Assembly: GCA_043810345.1 (NCBI GenBank)
Contig: JBDROF010000022.1
Coordinates: forward strand, 1,351 to 65,350
DNA length: 64,000 nucleotides
Reading direction: 5' to 3'
DNA from: Bacteroidota bacterium
GTDB lineage: Bacteria; Bacteroidota; Bacteroidia; Bacteroidales; FEN-979
Shown: piece after piece, positions 48,292-58,544 of the stretch
Position numbering within the stretch: the stretch's first letter is position 1
Layout of the letters: every line of letters begins with the position of its first letter
Program-made: the position numbers and the translations under genes
Notes under the pieces: model-generated
Told to the model about the DNA's origin: nothing
Databases searched by the model: none
The model's input: only the letters and a program-made list of their open reading frames with translations

Positions 48292-51027
48292 TATCCGGAA
48301 CGCCTCGAACGATACATCAACGTCTCTGTCTTTTATCCCGGTGCCTCTCCCAAAGAGATGGAAGAGGGCGTCACCGTCAGGATCGAAGAAGCGCTCAGAG
48401 GCATTGCAGGGATCAAGGAAGTGAACAGTACTTCATCCGAAAACGTGACAACCGTTCAGGTTGAGATCACAGGAGAATATGACATTAACGAAACCCTGAT
48501 GGAGGTAAAAAATTCCGTGGATGGGATTACCTCCTTCCCGGTGGACGCAGAAAAACCGATTGTCAACAAACAGCGATCCTCCACTTTTGCCATTTTTATG
48601 AGTCTCTCAGGAACGTCGATTTGTTGACCCTGAAACAGTATGCCAACGAAATTGAGCATGACCTTTATACATCCGGGATCATTTCACAGATTACGGTAGG
48701 TTGGGTTCCCCGCCCTGGAGCTCTCCGTAGAGATCTCCGAAGAGAACCGGTTGCGTTATAACCTGACCTTCGACGAAGTCTCCCGCGCCATTGCCCAGAA
48801 CAACCTGGATATTTCCGGGGGCCAGATCCGTTCCGATAAAGAGGAGATCATGATCCGGAGCCGTTACCGTACGGTCAAACCGGAAGAGATTGAAGAGATC
48901 ATCATCCGTGGAAATCCAGATGGCAGCTATCTCCGTATCGGCGACGTGGACGCGGTGAACATACAGTTTGCCGATGTGGCCAGCACCTCCCTGTTAAACG
49001 GGAATCCTGCGGTGACCTTTCAGATATTTAAGCTCCCTACAGAAGACCTGACCGCCATTTCAGACTATTGTAACGAATATACCGAAACCTGGAACGAAAC
49101 GCACAGTGATACAGAAATATCCGTCACCTACGACTTCCTTCAACTGCTCAAAGCCAGGTTGAACCTGCTCTATAGGAACGGGGGTATCGGGTTGCTGCTG
49201 ATCTTCATCTCCCTGGGTCTCTTCCTAAGCCTCCGCCTATCCCTCTGGGTGGCCATAGGCATCCCGGCTTCATTTGGCGCCATGTTTATCCTGGGGATGT
49301 TCTATGGCCTCACGGTGAACATGATCTCTCTCTTCGGAATGATCCTGGTGATCGGGATTCTGGTGGATGACGGGATTGTGATCGCCGAAAATATCTATAC
49401 CCACTTTGAACGAGGAAAAACTCCCCGGAAGGCGGCTCTTGACGGAACGATGGAGGTGCTTCCTGCCGTGGTGACCTCCGTAACTACCACCATTGTTGCT
49501 TTTTCACCGCTGTTCTTCATCAAGGGAAGAATGGAATTCATGTATGAGATGGCGTTTGTGGTAGTCTTCAGTTTGGCTTTCTCCCTGCTTGAAGCCTTTT
49601 TTGTACTTCCCGCCCACCTGGCAAGCAGGTGGGTGTTGCGACGGAATGTCCGACAGAATACCGGGAAACGGATCCGGGATGCGTTGGATAGAGCTGTCGA
49701 TTACATGCGTGTCAAGCTTTACGGAAACACCTTGAAATTTGTGATCAAAGGAACTTTTTTCCCGGCCATTCCGTTTGACCAGTTTACCGTAGATCTTGCT
49801 TTCAAGCCCGGATCAGGAGAGGCTCAAACTCTGGAATATCTTAACCTGATCGACGACGCGATCTGGGAGGTGAATGCCGAACTGCAGGAGGAGCTGGGCG
49901 ACACCAACCACTTTGTGAATTATACCTTCCTCTCTACCGGTAACGCCTTCAGCGGGCAGGAGCGGGGATCCCATGCCGGTAACATCTTCGTGTTGTTGCG
50001 GGACCTTGAAAACACCGGCACCTCCAGTTACGATATCGTCAGCCGGGTACAACAGAAAGTGGGTGACATGCCCGAAGCCGAGAAACTCACCATCCAGGGC
50101 AGAGCTACGTTCGGCACCCCTATCTCTGTAAGTCTGCTTGGCAAAGATGAAGCCGAACTGAACCTGGTGAAAGCTGATCCGCAGCCTGAAACAGATTGAA
50201 GTGCTGAACAACATCGCCGACGTAAATCCTACGGGAATGCGGGAGGTTCAGCTGAAGCTGAAACCTCTTGCCTATTTTCTAGGACTTACCCAGGCCAGCC
50301 TCACCAACCAGGTTCGCCAGGGTTTCTTTGGCGGACAGGCTCAGAGGCTGCAGCATGGAAAAGATGAGTTGCGGGTATGGGTCAGGTATCCAAAGACAGA
50401 CCGCATCAACCTGGGTCAACTGGAAACGATGAAGATCAAAACGCCGCTGGGTGAATTTCCGCTCTCGGAACTGGCCACCTATAGGATCGAACGGGGACCT
50501 GTCAGCATCAAACATTACAACAGTTCGCGGGAGATCCGCATCGATGCCAATGTGATCAGCTACGATACCCCCATTGTTCCCATCCAGACGAAGATCGAAA
50601 CGGAGATCGTTCCGGATCTGATAGCACGATATCCGGGGATTGATCATTGTGATGATGATCCCGCTTGCCTGGCTTGGCGCGTTTCCGGGCCATCGTACTG
50701 ACAACCATTACCACCACAGTAGGGCTTTATCCGATCATCCTCGAAGGAAGTTTCCAGGCGCAGTTCCTGATACCAATGGCTGTTTCCTTGGCTTACGGGG
50801 TATTCATCGGTACTGCTTTTATCCTGGTCTTTTTCCCCGTCCTGATCCTGGCCCTGAACGACATCAAAAGGTACTCCATCTATTTCTACAACCGGATCAA
50901 CTTATGGATATTGCAGGGAGATCCCAAGCGGAAGGTGCCTCCTAAGATCGCAGCGAAACTCTCTACCGTTCCTTCGAGGGAGAGCGTTGAAAAGGCCCTG
51001 ATTTACAGTAAACGTACCATTGAATAA
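48292..51027 (+). pseudogene. AcrB/AcrD/AcrF-family RND permease pseudogene
   Basis: 'YPGASPKEMEEGV', 'GILVDDGIVIAENI', 'RFRAIVLTTITT', 'QAQFLIPMAVSLAYG' spread over several frames; TM1 and later TMs appear deleted. Confidence 0.85.
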
Positions 51028-51048
51028 CGCTACTGAAGGAAGAAAAAG

Positions 51049-51556
51049 ATGAAACATCTGATGACCAGCGTGAACCGGTACGACAACACCCCATCCTTCG
51101 ACACCACCAGTTTCAGTTATGTCCGGGGTGATCAGTATACGAACAGCCTGACCCCTTATGTCAATGTACGTTGGCTGCTCTTCGACGGGTTATCAGTAAC
51201 CATGAACAAACAGAAGCTCGCCCTGCTGGAGCAGGAGCGGTTGCGGGTCCTGAATGAAGTGAAGGATCTCTCGGGCGACCGGTATGCCTATGAGATGATG
51301 CGGAAAGAGCTGGGAAATTCTGTCACCTTTGACGTGTTGCAGGCCAAAAACTCCTTCCTGAGCGACTCCACCAACTACCTGCTGCAGGAGCTGAACGTGA
51401 AGAACTCCCGGTTACGCCTCAACCTGTTGCTCGGAGAGCCCCCTTCGGTGCAATTTACACTGGTTGACAGTTTTCGGGTGGAGCTGCAGGAATACGCCAT
51501 CTATGACCTGATCGACAGCCAGACGGAGCTGCTCCGGTTGACAGGGGGGATCATTG
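51049..51556 (+). pseudogene. TolC-family outer membrane protein remnant
   Basis: 'VRWLLFDG', 'GNSVTFDVLQAK', 'LNLLLG', 'ELLRLTGGI'; no signal peptide and far shorter than TolC. Confidence 0.7.
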
Positions 51557-51559
51557 TCC

Positions 51560-51735
51560 TCTATTTTCCTTGATAATTCTTTCGTTGATTCCATATAACG
51601 CCTGAGTTGAACAAATGCCCGCATAATAAGGATGTTCACTTGGATAGCTTTATCAGAATTTAGAATGGAAGAGAGCATGGCCACACCTAGTTCAGTAAAT
51701 GCGAAAGGAAGAAATTTTGAATGTTGCCCCCGAAA
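51560..51735 (-). pseudogene. ORF6N-domain gene fragment
   Basis: RGQHSKFLPFAFTELGVAMLSSILNSDKAIQVNILIMRAFVQLRR, preceded by an in-frame stop. Confidence 0.75.
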
Positions 51736-51882
51736 TCATTTGGGAATCTGTGCATGTTCCTCCTCAGGCAGGAGTGCTACCTGATGATATTTCTTTTCCA
51801 TTATCTGAGTTTTCTCCATTAATCCGGAAACCAGGGGAAAGGTTATACCTTTATTTGTAAATTAGATGAGAATTTCATCAAG

Positions 51883-52338
51883 ATGAGATCCCTCCGAAGA
51901 AGAATCATAAGGTATTTCCTCGCCATTTTCACTCTGCCCAGGGTGAAGGCGGAGGTGGCGCGAATAGCCCGGGCATTTCTCCAGGAATCATCGAGATACA
52001 CCCATGGCGTAACCGGTGAGGCCAGAGAGACGAAAGAGGCCTTTGTAATCCTGACCAGATATATGAAGCGGGAGAAGCTCTCCCCGGCAGAGAGGCGTCA
52101 GTTCGGCCGGCAGATGATTGATCTTCTGAAAGGAACCGGCGTGGTGGTGCCCGTTTTACTCATTCCTGTTCCGTTTGTGGGGACCGTCTTGTTGGTGGTT
52201 ATGGATCACCTGCTGATGAGCATGAACATCCAGCTACTGCCATCTGCTTTCTATCAGAAAGAGAAAAAAGGATTATTGACTCCTGAGGCGATAGAGAAGG
52301 AGCTGGAGGGAGAAAAGGAAGAGGGAAAAACCAAGTAG
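51883..52338 (+). CDS. Hypothetical protein, LETM1-like hairpin
   Basis: 'QMIDLLKG...LLIPVPFVG...LLPSAF' pattern. Confidence 0.55.
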   Translation: MRSLRRRIIRYFLAIFTLPRVKAEVARIARAFLQESSRYTHGVTGEARETKEAFVILTRYMKREKLSPAERRQFGRQMIDLLKGTGVVVPVLLIPVPFVGTVLLVVMDHLLMSMNIQLLPSAFYQKEKKGLLTPEAIEKELEGEKEEGKTK

Positions 52339-52356
52339 CGTTTGCCCGGCGTAACC

Positions 52357-55248
52357 TTAATGCGGTGGAGAGATCGTATCCCCGGGAAGTTCCTCCTCCT
52401 TGGCAGCACGGATCAGTTTCAGCATCTCAGGAGGGAGTTCGTCGGAGTATTCGGTCTCTTCCACATCCTCGTCATGGGTGCCCCGGCCGTATTTGAATTT
52501 TGGGTTTTCACTTGTTCCCAATATCCTCATCGGAATGCCAACAATTCCTAAGGGAGGAAGTCCGAGGCGGGACTTGAGATTCAGTTTCCCGTTGAAGCTA
52601 GTTTGTCCCTCTATCCGAAACCGGAAACCGGCCATCTTCATTTTCGTCCTCTCCAGGGTGATCACGTTGTTTTTGATGGTTGTCCTGAGATCCACCTTCG
52701 ACAAGTTGGGATTTTTGATCCCCTCTTTTTCCAGGTTTTTCCCCATAGCGTTGAAAAGTTTTAGCCCCATGACCTTCACCTTTTCCAGCGACAGGGTTCC
52801 GCCTCCCTCCAGCGACGGATACACCGGGTTCATTCCCGCATTCAGCTTGCCTTTGAGCGAATAATTGAGCGATACAATCCCTTCGCATTTTCCGGCCGCA
52901 GTCGAGAGATTCCGGAAGAGTTCCACTTCGCGGTATGCTCTTTGGATATCAAAATCCTTCGCGTCGATGTAAAAATCAAAGAATGCCCTCTCCGGAGTGA
53001 TGCTCCCATAGGTAGCCTCCATGTTGACCTTGCAGCCGATCAGATCAAAATTCATCCCTTTGAGCAGAAGCATCCCTTTTTGAATCTCTACCGTACTCGT
53101 CAGATCCGTGATGTCCAGGTTCTGAAAACGGATTTTTTTTAGGTCTGCAGTCAACCCGATTTCCAAATTCTGAGGGATCACGATGACGCCGGGAGAAGAG
53201 GTGGTCTCTGCAGAAGCCATGAACTCATCCACCAGCAGGTAATTTGACCTGAAAGCAAAATTTCCTTTTAACGGTTGGTTCTCAGCAAACACATAATTGA
53301 TGACATTGCTCAGGTAGCCATCCATGGTGATGTCGGAAACGCCATACCGGCTGTCGAATCTTTCAAACCAGATCCGGTCATTCTCGAACCGGAATACGCC
53401 AGACTGAACGATCAGGGGCTTGGGCAGATACTCCGTGGTCAATGCAATATTCCGGAGAACCAGTTTCCCGCTGTTGTACAACCGGTCGTAATATCCGGCC
53501 AGGGCATCGCTCTGCTTGCCCTTGAGGATAAGATCGGTTGAAATATATCCGGCCAACTCCATGCCTTCCCGTGAGAAGAGATGATAGATTCCGGCCAGGT
53601 CAATGGAACCCTTGGATACCAGATCATACTGAAGGTTCTCCGGATTGGAAAAATCGCCTCTGAAGTCAAACGGGTTCCCCTCAAAGGTAAAGGAGAGCGG
53701 ATCCAGTTTGACGGTCGTGCCGGAGAGATTGCCCGTTTCGTTGATAATGGTAGCCGAAAGATGGATCTTTTCGATTGGGCGGGGATAGTATTTTGTCTGG
53801 ATGGCTCCATCATTCACAGTCAATGTAACGGTAGCCAAGGGAAAGCGCTTCTTCTCCGGAGCATAATTCCCCTTCACCTCCAGATTCAGGTCAAGCATCC
53901 CCTTCAAATCAAGACTGTCTAACGGAATCGCCTCTTTCAGCTCCGTGAGGTTCACATGGGTGAGAAATTTTGCTTCGAGAGGCAGATCAACCAACCCGTG
54001 AACGCTAAGAAAACCCTCCACATGGTTATTCAGGATTCCGGCCTTCAGGTTTTCTATCTGTAGATTGATCGTCCGGTAATCGTGGTTCGTGGCGGAAGAA
54101 GAAAGGCTGAACGAGATCTCCTTGATGGCTTGCGGGAGAGATTTATCCTGGAAAAACCCGTCACTTAGCTTTGAGGTGATGGTGAAATCGGGAATGCTCA
54201 AAATCACGGTATCCGGTTGTTTGCTCTCTGGGTTCTGCCCGGTGGCGTAAATCCCCTCTGCCTTCAGCTTCATGTTAAATTTGCCCCGCAGATCGGTCTC
54301 TTTGATCCCGAATCCTTTTACCCAGTTCTCCAGGGTAACGTTGATATCTGCTTTTACCGATACCCACAGGGAATCAGTGCTGATCATCCACAGAGATCCG
54401 CTCAGGTACTCTTCCCTGAACATGGAAAAGAAAGCGATAAAGATCTCGTATCCGTCTTTCCGGAAGTTAAACTCGCCTTTGAACTCAAATGGGACGTCTT
54501 TGATCTTCAGGTCGTTTTTTTCAAACTTCATGTCCAGCGAGTTCAGATCTACCCGCGTGATGAGTTCTGCATAGAGAGGTTTGGCATCGATGTAGGGGAC
54601 TTGATCATAGACCAGGTCAATGGAATCGATGAGCACCTTTGAGTCGAGTCTCATGATAGCGTTGCTGATATCATTCTTCCCGCGGTAGTCTATTCCGTGT
54701 GCCACGATGTTCAACGGAATAGAGGGATCAGAATAGACAAAGTCGGTATGGGTAAAAATAATACGCTCGATCCGGATCGCGGCGCTTCCGGAAGCAGGTT
54801 CCCCAGGTTTGGAAGATGGATCGCCATCTTCAACAGAATCGGGTGATGCATTGTATACCTGGTAATTTGGGGTGCCCTCTTCGTTGTATTGAATGACGAC
54901 CCGGCCATGATCAATGTAGATCCGCGTAATCTCGACCGGACCGCTGACCAGGCTCCACAAGTCGACTCCAACCGAAACAATCCCGGCAATGATGAGGGTA
55001 TCCTGACTAAAAGGGGCGGATGATTTCAGGGAGAAATTGAACAGATTGATGGTCAGATGAGGGAAATGACGGATAAAAGAGATCTCCATCTCCGAGAAGT
55101 TCAACTCGGTGTTGAGAGTTTTATTCGCCGTATGTTTTACAACCTGTTCGAGTTTATCCTTAAAAATGAACGGGGTGAGAATAAGAAAAAGCAAGAGGAC
55201 AAAGAGAGTCCCCAATATGATTCCGAAGATCCTGAAAGCTCGTTTCAT
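52357..55248 (-). CDS. AsmA family protein
   Basis: N-terminal TM anchor, 'SFIRHFPHLTI', long beta-rich body, C-terminal 'RLGLPPLGIVGIPMRILGT'. Confidence 0.85.
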   Translation of the reverse strand: MKRAFRIFGIILGTLFVLLLFLILTPFIFKDKLEQVVKHTANKTLNTELNFSEMEISFIRHFPHLTINLFNFSLKSSAPFSQDTLIIAGIVSVGVDLWSLVSGPVEITRIYIDHGRVVIQYNEEGTPNYQVYNASPDSVEDGDPSSKPGEPASGSAAIRIERIIFTHTDFVYSDPSIPLNIVAHGIDYRGKNDISNAIMRLDSKVLIDSIDLVYDQVPYIDAKPLYAELITRVDLNSLDMKFEKNDLKIKDVPFEFKGEFNFRKDGYEIFIAFFSMFREEYLSGSLWMISTDSLWVSVKADINVTLENWVKGFGIKETDLRGKFNMKLKAEGIYATGQNPESKQPDTVILSIPDFTITSKLSDGFFQDKSLPQAIKEISFSLSSSATNHDYRTINLQIENLKAGILNNHVEGFLSVHGLVDLPLEAKFLTHVNLTELKEAIPLDSLDLKGMLDLNLEVKGNYAPEKKRFPLATVTLTVNDGAIQTKYYPRPIEKIHLSATIINETGNLSGTTVKLDPLSFTFEGNPFDFRGDFSNPENLQYDLVSKGSIDLAGIYHLFSREGMELAGYISTDLILKGKQSDALAGYYDRLYNSGKLVLRNIALTTEYLPKPLIVQSGVFRFENDRIWFERFDSRYGVSDITMDGYLSNVINYVFAENQPLKGNFAFRSNYLLVDEFMASAETTSSPGVIVIPQNLEIGLTADLKKIRFQNLDITDLTSTVEIQKGMLLLKGMNFDLIGCKVNMEATYGSITPERAFFDFYIDAKDFDIQRAYREVELFRNLSTAAGKCEGIVSLNYSLKGKLNAGMNPVYPSLEGGGTLSLEKVKVMGLKLFNAMGKNLEKEGIKNPNLSKVDLRTTIKNNVITLERTKMKMAGFRFRIEGQTSFNGKLNLKSRLGLPPLGIVGIPMRILGTSENPKFKYGRGTHDEDVEETEYSDELPPEMLKLIRAAKEEELPGDTISPPH

Positions 55249-55389
55249 ATGGCCCCCTCCTTTTTTTGTTCATCAATTTATCGATTAAAGTTACGAGTTT
55301 CTCATTCATGATGAAAAAATTGCACAAATATTAATCTTATCTTCGTCCTTTACTTGCTTAAATTCCAGGAGAATCACACGGTTGATCCA

Positions 55390-55461
55390 ATGAGCCGCAC
55401 CTGTTCGCAGATTTACGTTCAGATCGTATTCGCGGTCAAAGGCCGTGACAGCGTGATACAA
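55390..55461 (+). mobile_element. IS200/IS605 TnpA N-terminal remnant, in frame with the downstream gene
   Basis: MSRTCSQIYVQIVFAVKGRDSVIQ resembles the Y1 transposase start (TYxQIYIQIVFAVKGR); rest of the transposase absent. Confidence 0.65.
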
Positions 55462-56766
55462 CACCTCATCAGAATTCCCTGTACAGGAATTTTGCTTTTA
55501 TGCCTTCTGGTCGAGCAGCACGCCTTCTCACAAGGCACCTGGGAACGTATTCCGGTTCCGACCTCGCTAAACCTCTACTCGGTCTGTTTTGTTGACAGCC
55601 TGTATGGCTGGGCTGTGGGCGATTCGGGGACGATCCTCCACACTTACAATGGTGGTTCAACCTGGGAACTCCAGGAAAGCACCACAGACAAAGAGATTAT
55701 GAGCGTCTTTTTTCTCACCCGGGAACTTGGCTGGGCCTCTGCGTTCAACTTCACCGAGCCTCCTTACGGAACCATCCTGTTGAAAACCACAAACGGTGGC
55801 ACCTCCTGGACAAGCTCCACCTATCCCGAAGAAAATATCTTCATCACCTGTATTCATTATTTTGATTCCCTCACCGGCTGGATGGGTGGAAAACCCCATG
55901 CGCTGGTGAAAACCACCGACGGAGGAGTTTCCTGGATGCAGGCTGCTATCGACACTTCTACACTTGCCTTTTTCCCGGTGTTGAAAATCGCTTTTTTGAA
56001 CGATGAGGTGGGTTTCGCCTGCGGCGGGATGTTCGACATCGCCGGAGTGATCTGGCGTACTACCAACGGGGGCGATCTCTGGTACGCCATTGATCCCTCC
56101 CAGGCCCCGGCCGATGAAGTCCACTCTCTCTGCATCTTCGATGAACTCCATGTGATGGGATCCGGGGGCGATCCTGACTACGGTTATGGAGTGGGTATGA
56201 TCCGGACCTCCGACGGAGGTTTGAGCTGGGAATACGAAGAAATCGGGTTCCAGGGTATCGCCTTTGATCTCGATTTCCGGACAGCATCCCAGGCCTGGTC
56301 GCCCCTGGGCCCGCAACAAAAACTGATCTTCAGTTCGGATAGTGGTTATACCTGGACTGAGATTCCCACACCCGATACCCTGGCCATCTTCGATATCACC
56401 TTCCCCGACTCCCTTCACGGATGTGGAGTAGGCTATGATGGGGCGGTAATCCGGTACATTCCGCCGGTACAGCCATTTGTGAAGCCCCTGATGGATGGAG
56501 CTGAGTGGGGAGAACTCATGGTTTTTCCGAATCCGACAGCAGGAAATTTGGAATTCGAAATTCGAAATTCGAAAAGATGTTTTATCACACTTGAGGTTTA
56601 TTCTTCGCTGGGGGCTGAAATTGCCGAATTGATCCATCAGGAATTTTCACCAGGGTTACATTCCTTTTATTTTGATACCGGGAAGCTGCCTGCAGGGAAC
56701 TACGAATGTGTCCTGAAATTCGATGGTGTAATCCGGGCTTGCCGCAGGATGGTCGTAATTCGCTGA
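55390..56766 (+). CDS. YCF48-like beta-propeller protein with T9SS sorting domain
   Basis: Repeated 'GWAVG..G.I..TxxGGxTW'; C-terminal 'VFPNPT...G.Y...RRMVVIR'; start ATG 55390 or GTG 55453. Confidence 0.85.
   Translation: MSRTCSQIYVQIVFAVKGRDSVIQHLIRIPCTGILLLCLLVEQHAFSQGTWERIPVPTSLNLYSVCFVDSLYGWAVGDSGTILHTYNGGSTWELQESTTDKEIMSVFFLTRELGWASAFNFTEPPYGTILLKTTNGGTSWTSSTYPEENIFITCIHYFDSLTGWMGGKPHALVKTTDGGVSWMQAAIDTSTLAFFPVLKIAFLNDEVGFACGGMFDIAGVIWRTTNGGDLWYAIDPSQAPADEVHSLCIFDELHVMGSGGDPDYGYGVGMIRTSDGGLSWEYEEIGFQGIAFDLDFRTASQAWSPLGPQQKLIFSSDSGYTWTEIPTPDTLAIFDITFPDSLHGCGVGYDGAVIRYIPPVQPFVKPLMDGAEWGELMVFPNPTAGNLEFEIRNSKRCFITLEVYSSLGAEIAELIHQEFSPGLHSFYFDTGKLPAGNYECVLKFDGVIRACRRMVVIR
56546..56573 (+). 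repeat. In-frame heptamer array (4 units, ATTCGAA)
   Basis: atttgga attcgaa attcgaa attcgaa directly after FPNPTAG. Confidence 0.75.
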
Positions 56767-56768
56767 AT

Positions 56769-56846
56769 TTTTGGTGTTTTGGTGTTTTGGTGTTTTGGTG
56801 GCAACAAATTCACCACGAAGTCACCAAGACACGGAGGTCACAAAAA
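56769..56846. repeat. Octamer array TTTTGGTG x4 facing degenerate complementary octamers, possible bidirectional terminator
   Basis: TTTTGGTG x4 (56769-56800) then CACCACGAAGTCACCAAGACACGGAGGTCACAAAAA, between convergent genes. Confidence 0.6.
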
Positions 56847-56848
56847 AC

Positions 56849-58489
56849 TTATTTCAAGTAAATGAGACGGTTTGTCACCGAAACCCCGTTCACCGTTAAC
56901 TGTACAAAGTAAACGCCAGGAGTCAGTCCCCGTCCCTGGTTTGCCGTTCCGAGATCAAAGTTCCCACTATATACTCCCGGTTTCAGCGATTCATTCAGAA
57001 ATTCTTTTAACAGGGTTCCTGTCAGGTCATAAAGGCCCAAAGTAACATCACTTTTATTCGTAATTCGTAATTCGTAATTCGTAATTCCAGTGGAAGGATT
57101 TGGAAATAGAGTGAGCCTTCCTCCTGTCCTCCATTCATTGGGTATCGCCTGTATCGCGGAGAACGCCACTGGCGCTGTCCATATCTGGTAAATGCCTGTC
57201 GAGTTATCCATCCACACCGGCCAGAGGGTACTGTCGGTGGAGGTGATATCGATGTTGTCGCCCTGGTATCCCTGGCCCAGTCCACCGATGGGAGTGGGTC
57301 TGAAATTGTGGCCACTGAGCGGGTATTCTATCCAGGTATCACCGCCATCCGTTGAACGGGCCAGGAAGACTCCGGCTGAATCGCTGGTGGTGTTGCGGTC
57401 GTCATAGTAGATGATATTCACCGCTCCGTACTGGTCTACATGCACTGTAGGGAAGTACTGCTCTTTCCCATTGTCCAACGGATCCTGGTTCACGCGGATG
57501 CCGGCCGACCAGGTAAGGCCGCCGTCGGTGGACCGGTTGAGAATGACATCGGGATCGCTTCCGGCTGGGGGAAGGTCTTTCTGACCGGTAACGATGTAGA
57601 TCCAGCCGCGTCGCGGTCCATCCGTCAGGTCGACATCCATGTTGGGCAGTCCGTTCACACGGATGTTATCCTTGTTTGGCAGAATACCAGTAATGCCATT
57701 GACGGGAAAAGCGTTTTCGGTGACGTTCCATGCTGCACCTCCTGTGTTGCTCGATGCAAAGCCTACCAGGATCTCTTTGAAAGGGGTGACAGCGGTAACA
57801 CCCGCCCAACAGGCATAGATCTCTCCATTGGGGCCCACTGCGAGGTCGCCCCCAGCGCTTCGATTGGAGGGGTTGTTTACCGCAGCAGGCGCTGTCCAAC
57901 TCTCTGCCCCATTATCCGTATACGCAAACATCAGCGGGAAAGGAGGGGCAAATTTCACCCAGGCTGCAAAGGTCCGGCCATGATAAGGGCTGGACGGATT
58001 AGCATCCGAGATCGCGGCAGCACGTTCCAGATCATCCGTAGAGATCACCTTTTGTTCCGACCAGGTAGCACCGTTATCGGTTGAGTAGTGTGAATAGAGT
58101 CCTGTAAACGGGGAACGCCCGAGCCGGGTGAGAATAAAGGTGCCTTTTTTGTCGATGGCAATGCCGGGATCGCCGCCGTGAAAAGCGATGGGCGCCCCGG
58201 TGCATGTGTCGTTACCCTGCCAGGATGCACCGCCATCCGTGGTCACATAGATCCCTTCACTGATGAAAAAGGGGATGAAGTTGAGCGTATTGCATGAGGA
58301 GAAGAGGATATCCTGATCCAGCGGGCTCTTCACGATGAAGACCTCGGTTTGGTTGATATTGCTGGGGTAGAGCCGGTAGTTGTCTCCAAACCGCAGGAAA
58401 ACATCTTCGCCGGAACCGGGTTGTGCCGATGCATGCACGAGGGAAAACACCAGGATCAGGGCAAAAATGCTAAGGATTCGGGAAGGCAT
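56849..58489 (-). CDS. BNR/Asp-box (sialidase-like) propeller protein with T9SS sorting domain
   Basis: Multiple SxDxGxTW boxes; 'GYQGDNIDI', 'WMDN'; C-terminal 'LFPNPS...GVYFVQL'. Confidence 0.85.
   Translation of the reverse strand: MPSRILSIFALILVFSLVHASAQPGSGEDVFLRFGDNYRLYPSNINQTEVFIVKSPLDQDILFSSCNTLNFIPFFISEGIYVTTDGGASWQGNDTCTGAPIAFHGGDPGIAIDKKGTFILTRLGRSPFTGLYSHYSTDNGATWSEQKVISTDDLERAAAISDANPSSPYHGRTFAAWVKFAPPFPLMFAYTDNGAESWTAPAAVNNPSNRSAGGDLAVGPNGEIYACWAGVTAVTPFKEILVGFASSNTGGAAWNVTENAFPVNGITGILPNKDNIRVNGLPNMDVDLTDGPRRGWIYIVTGQKDLPPAGSDPDVILNRSTDGGLTWSAGIRVNQDPLDNGKEQYFPTVHVDQYGAVNIIYYDDRNTTSDSAGVFLARSTDGGDTWIEYPLSGHNFRPTPIGGLGQGYQGDNIDITSTDSTLWPVWMDNSTGIYQIWTAPVAFSAIQAIPNEWRTGGRLTLFPNPSTGITNYELRITNKSDVTLGLYDLTGTLLKEFLNESLKPGVYSGNFDLGTANQGRGLTPGVYFVQLTVNGVSVTNRLIYLK
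57056..57083. repeat. In-frame heptamer array (4 units, ATTCGTA)
   Basis: attcgta x4; protein ITNYELR-ITN after FPNPSTG. Confidence 0.85.
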
Positions 58490-58544
58490 ACGCTTGGCTT
58501 CAATAGGATTGAGCAGATCAAAGGTACCAATTCTTCAGCAGCGC

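Noticed and set aside
48600-50700. Programmed frameshifting or readthrough restoring the RND permease
   Set aside because: Multiple breaks plus loss of whole TM segments indicate decay
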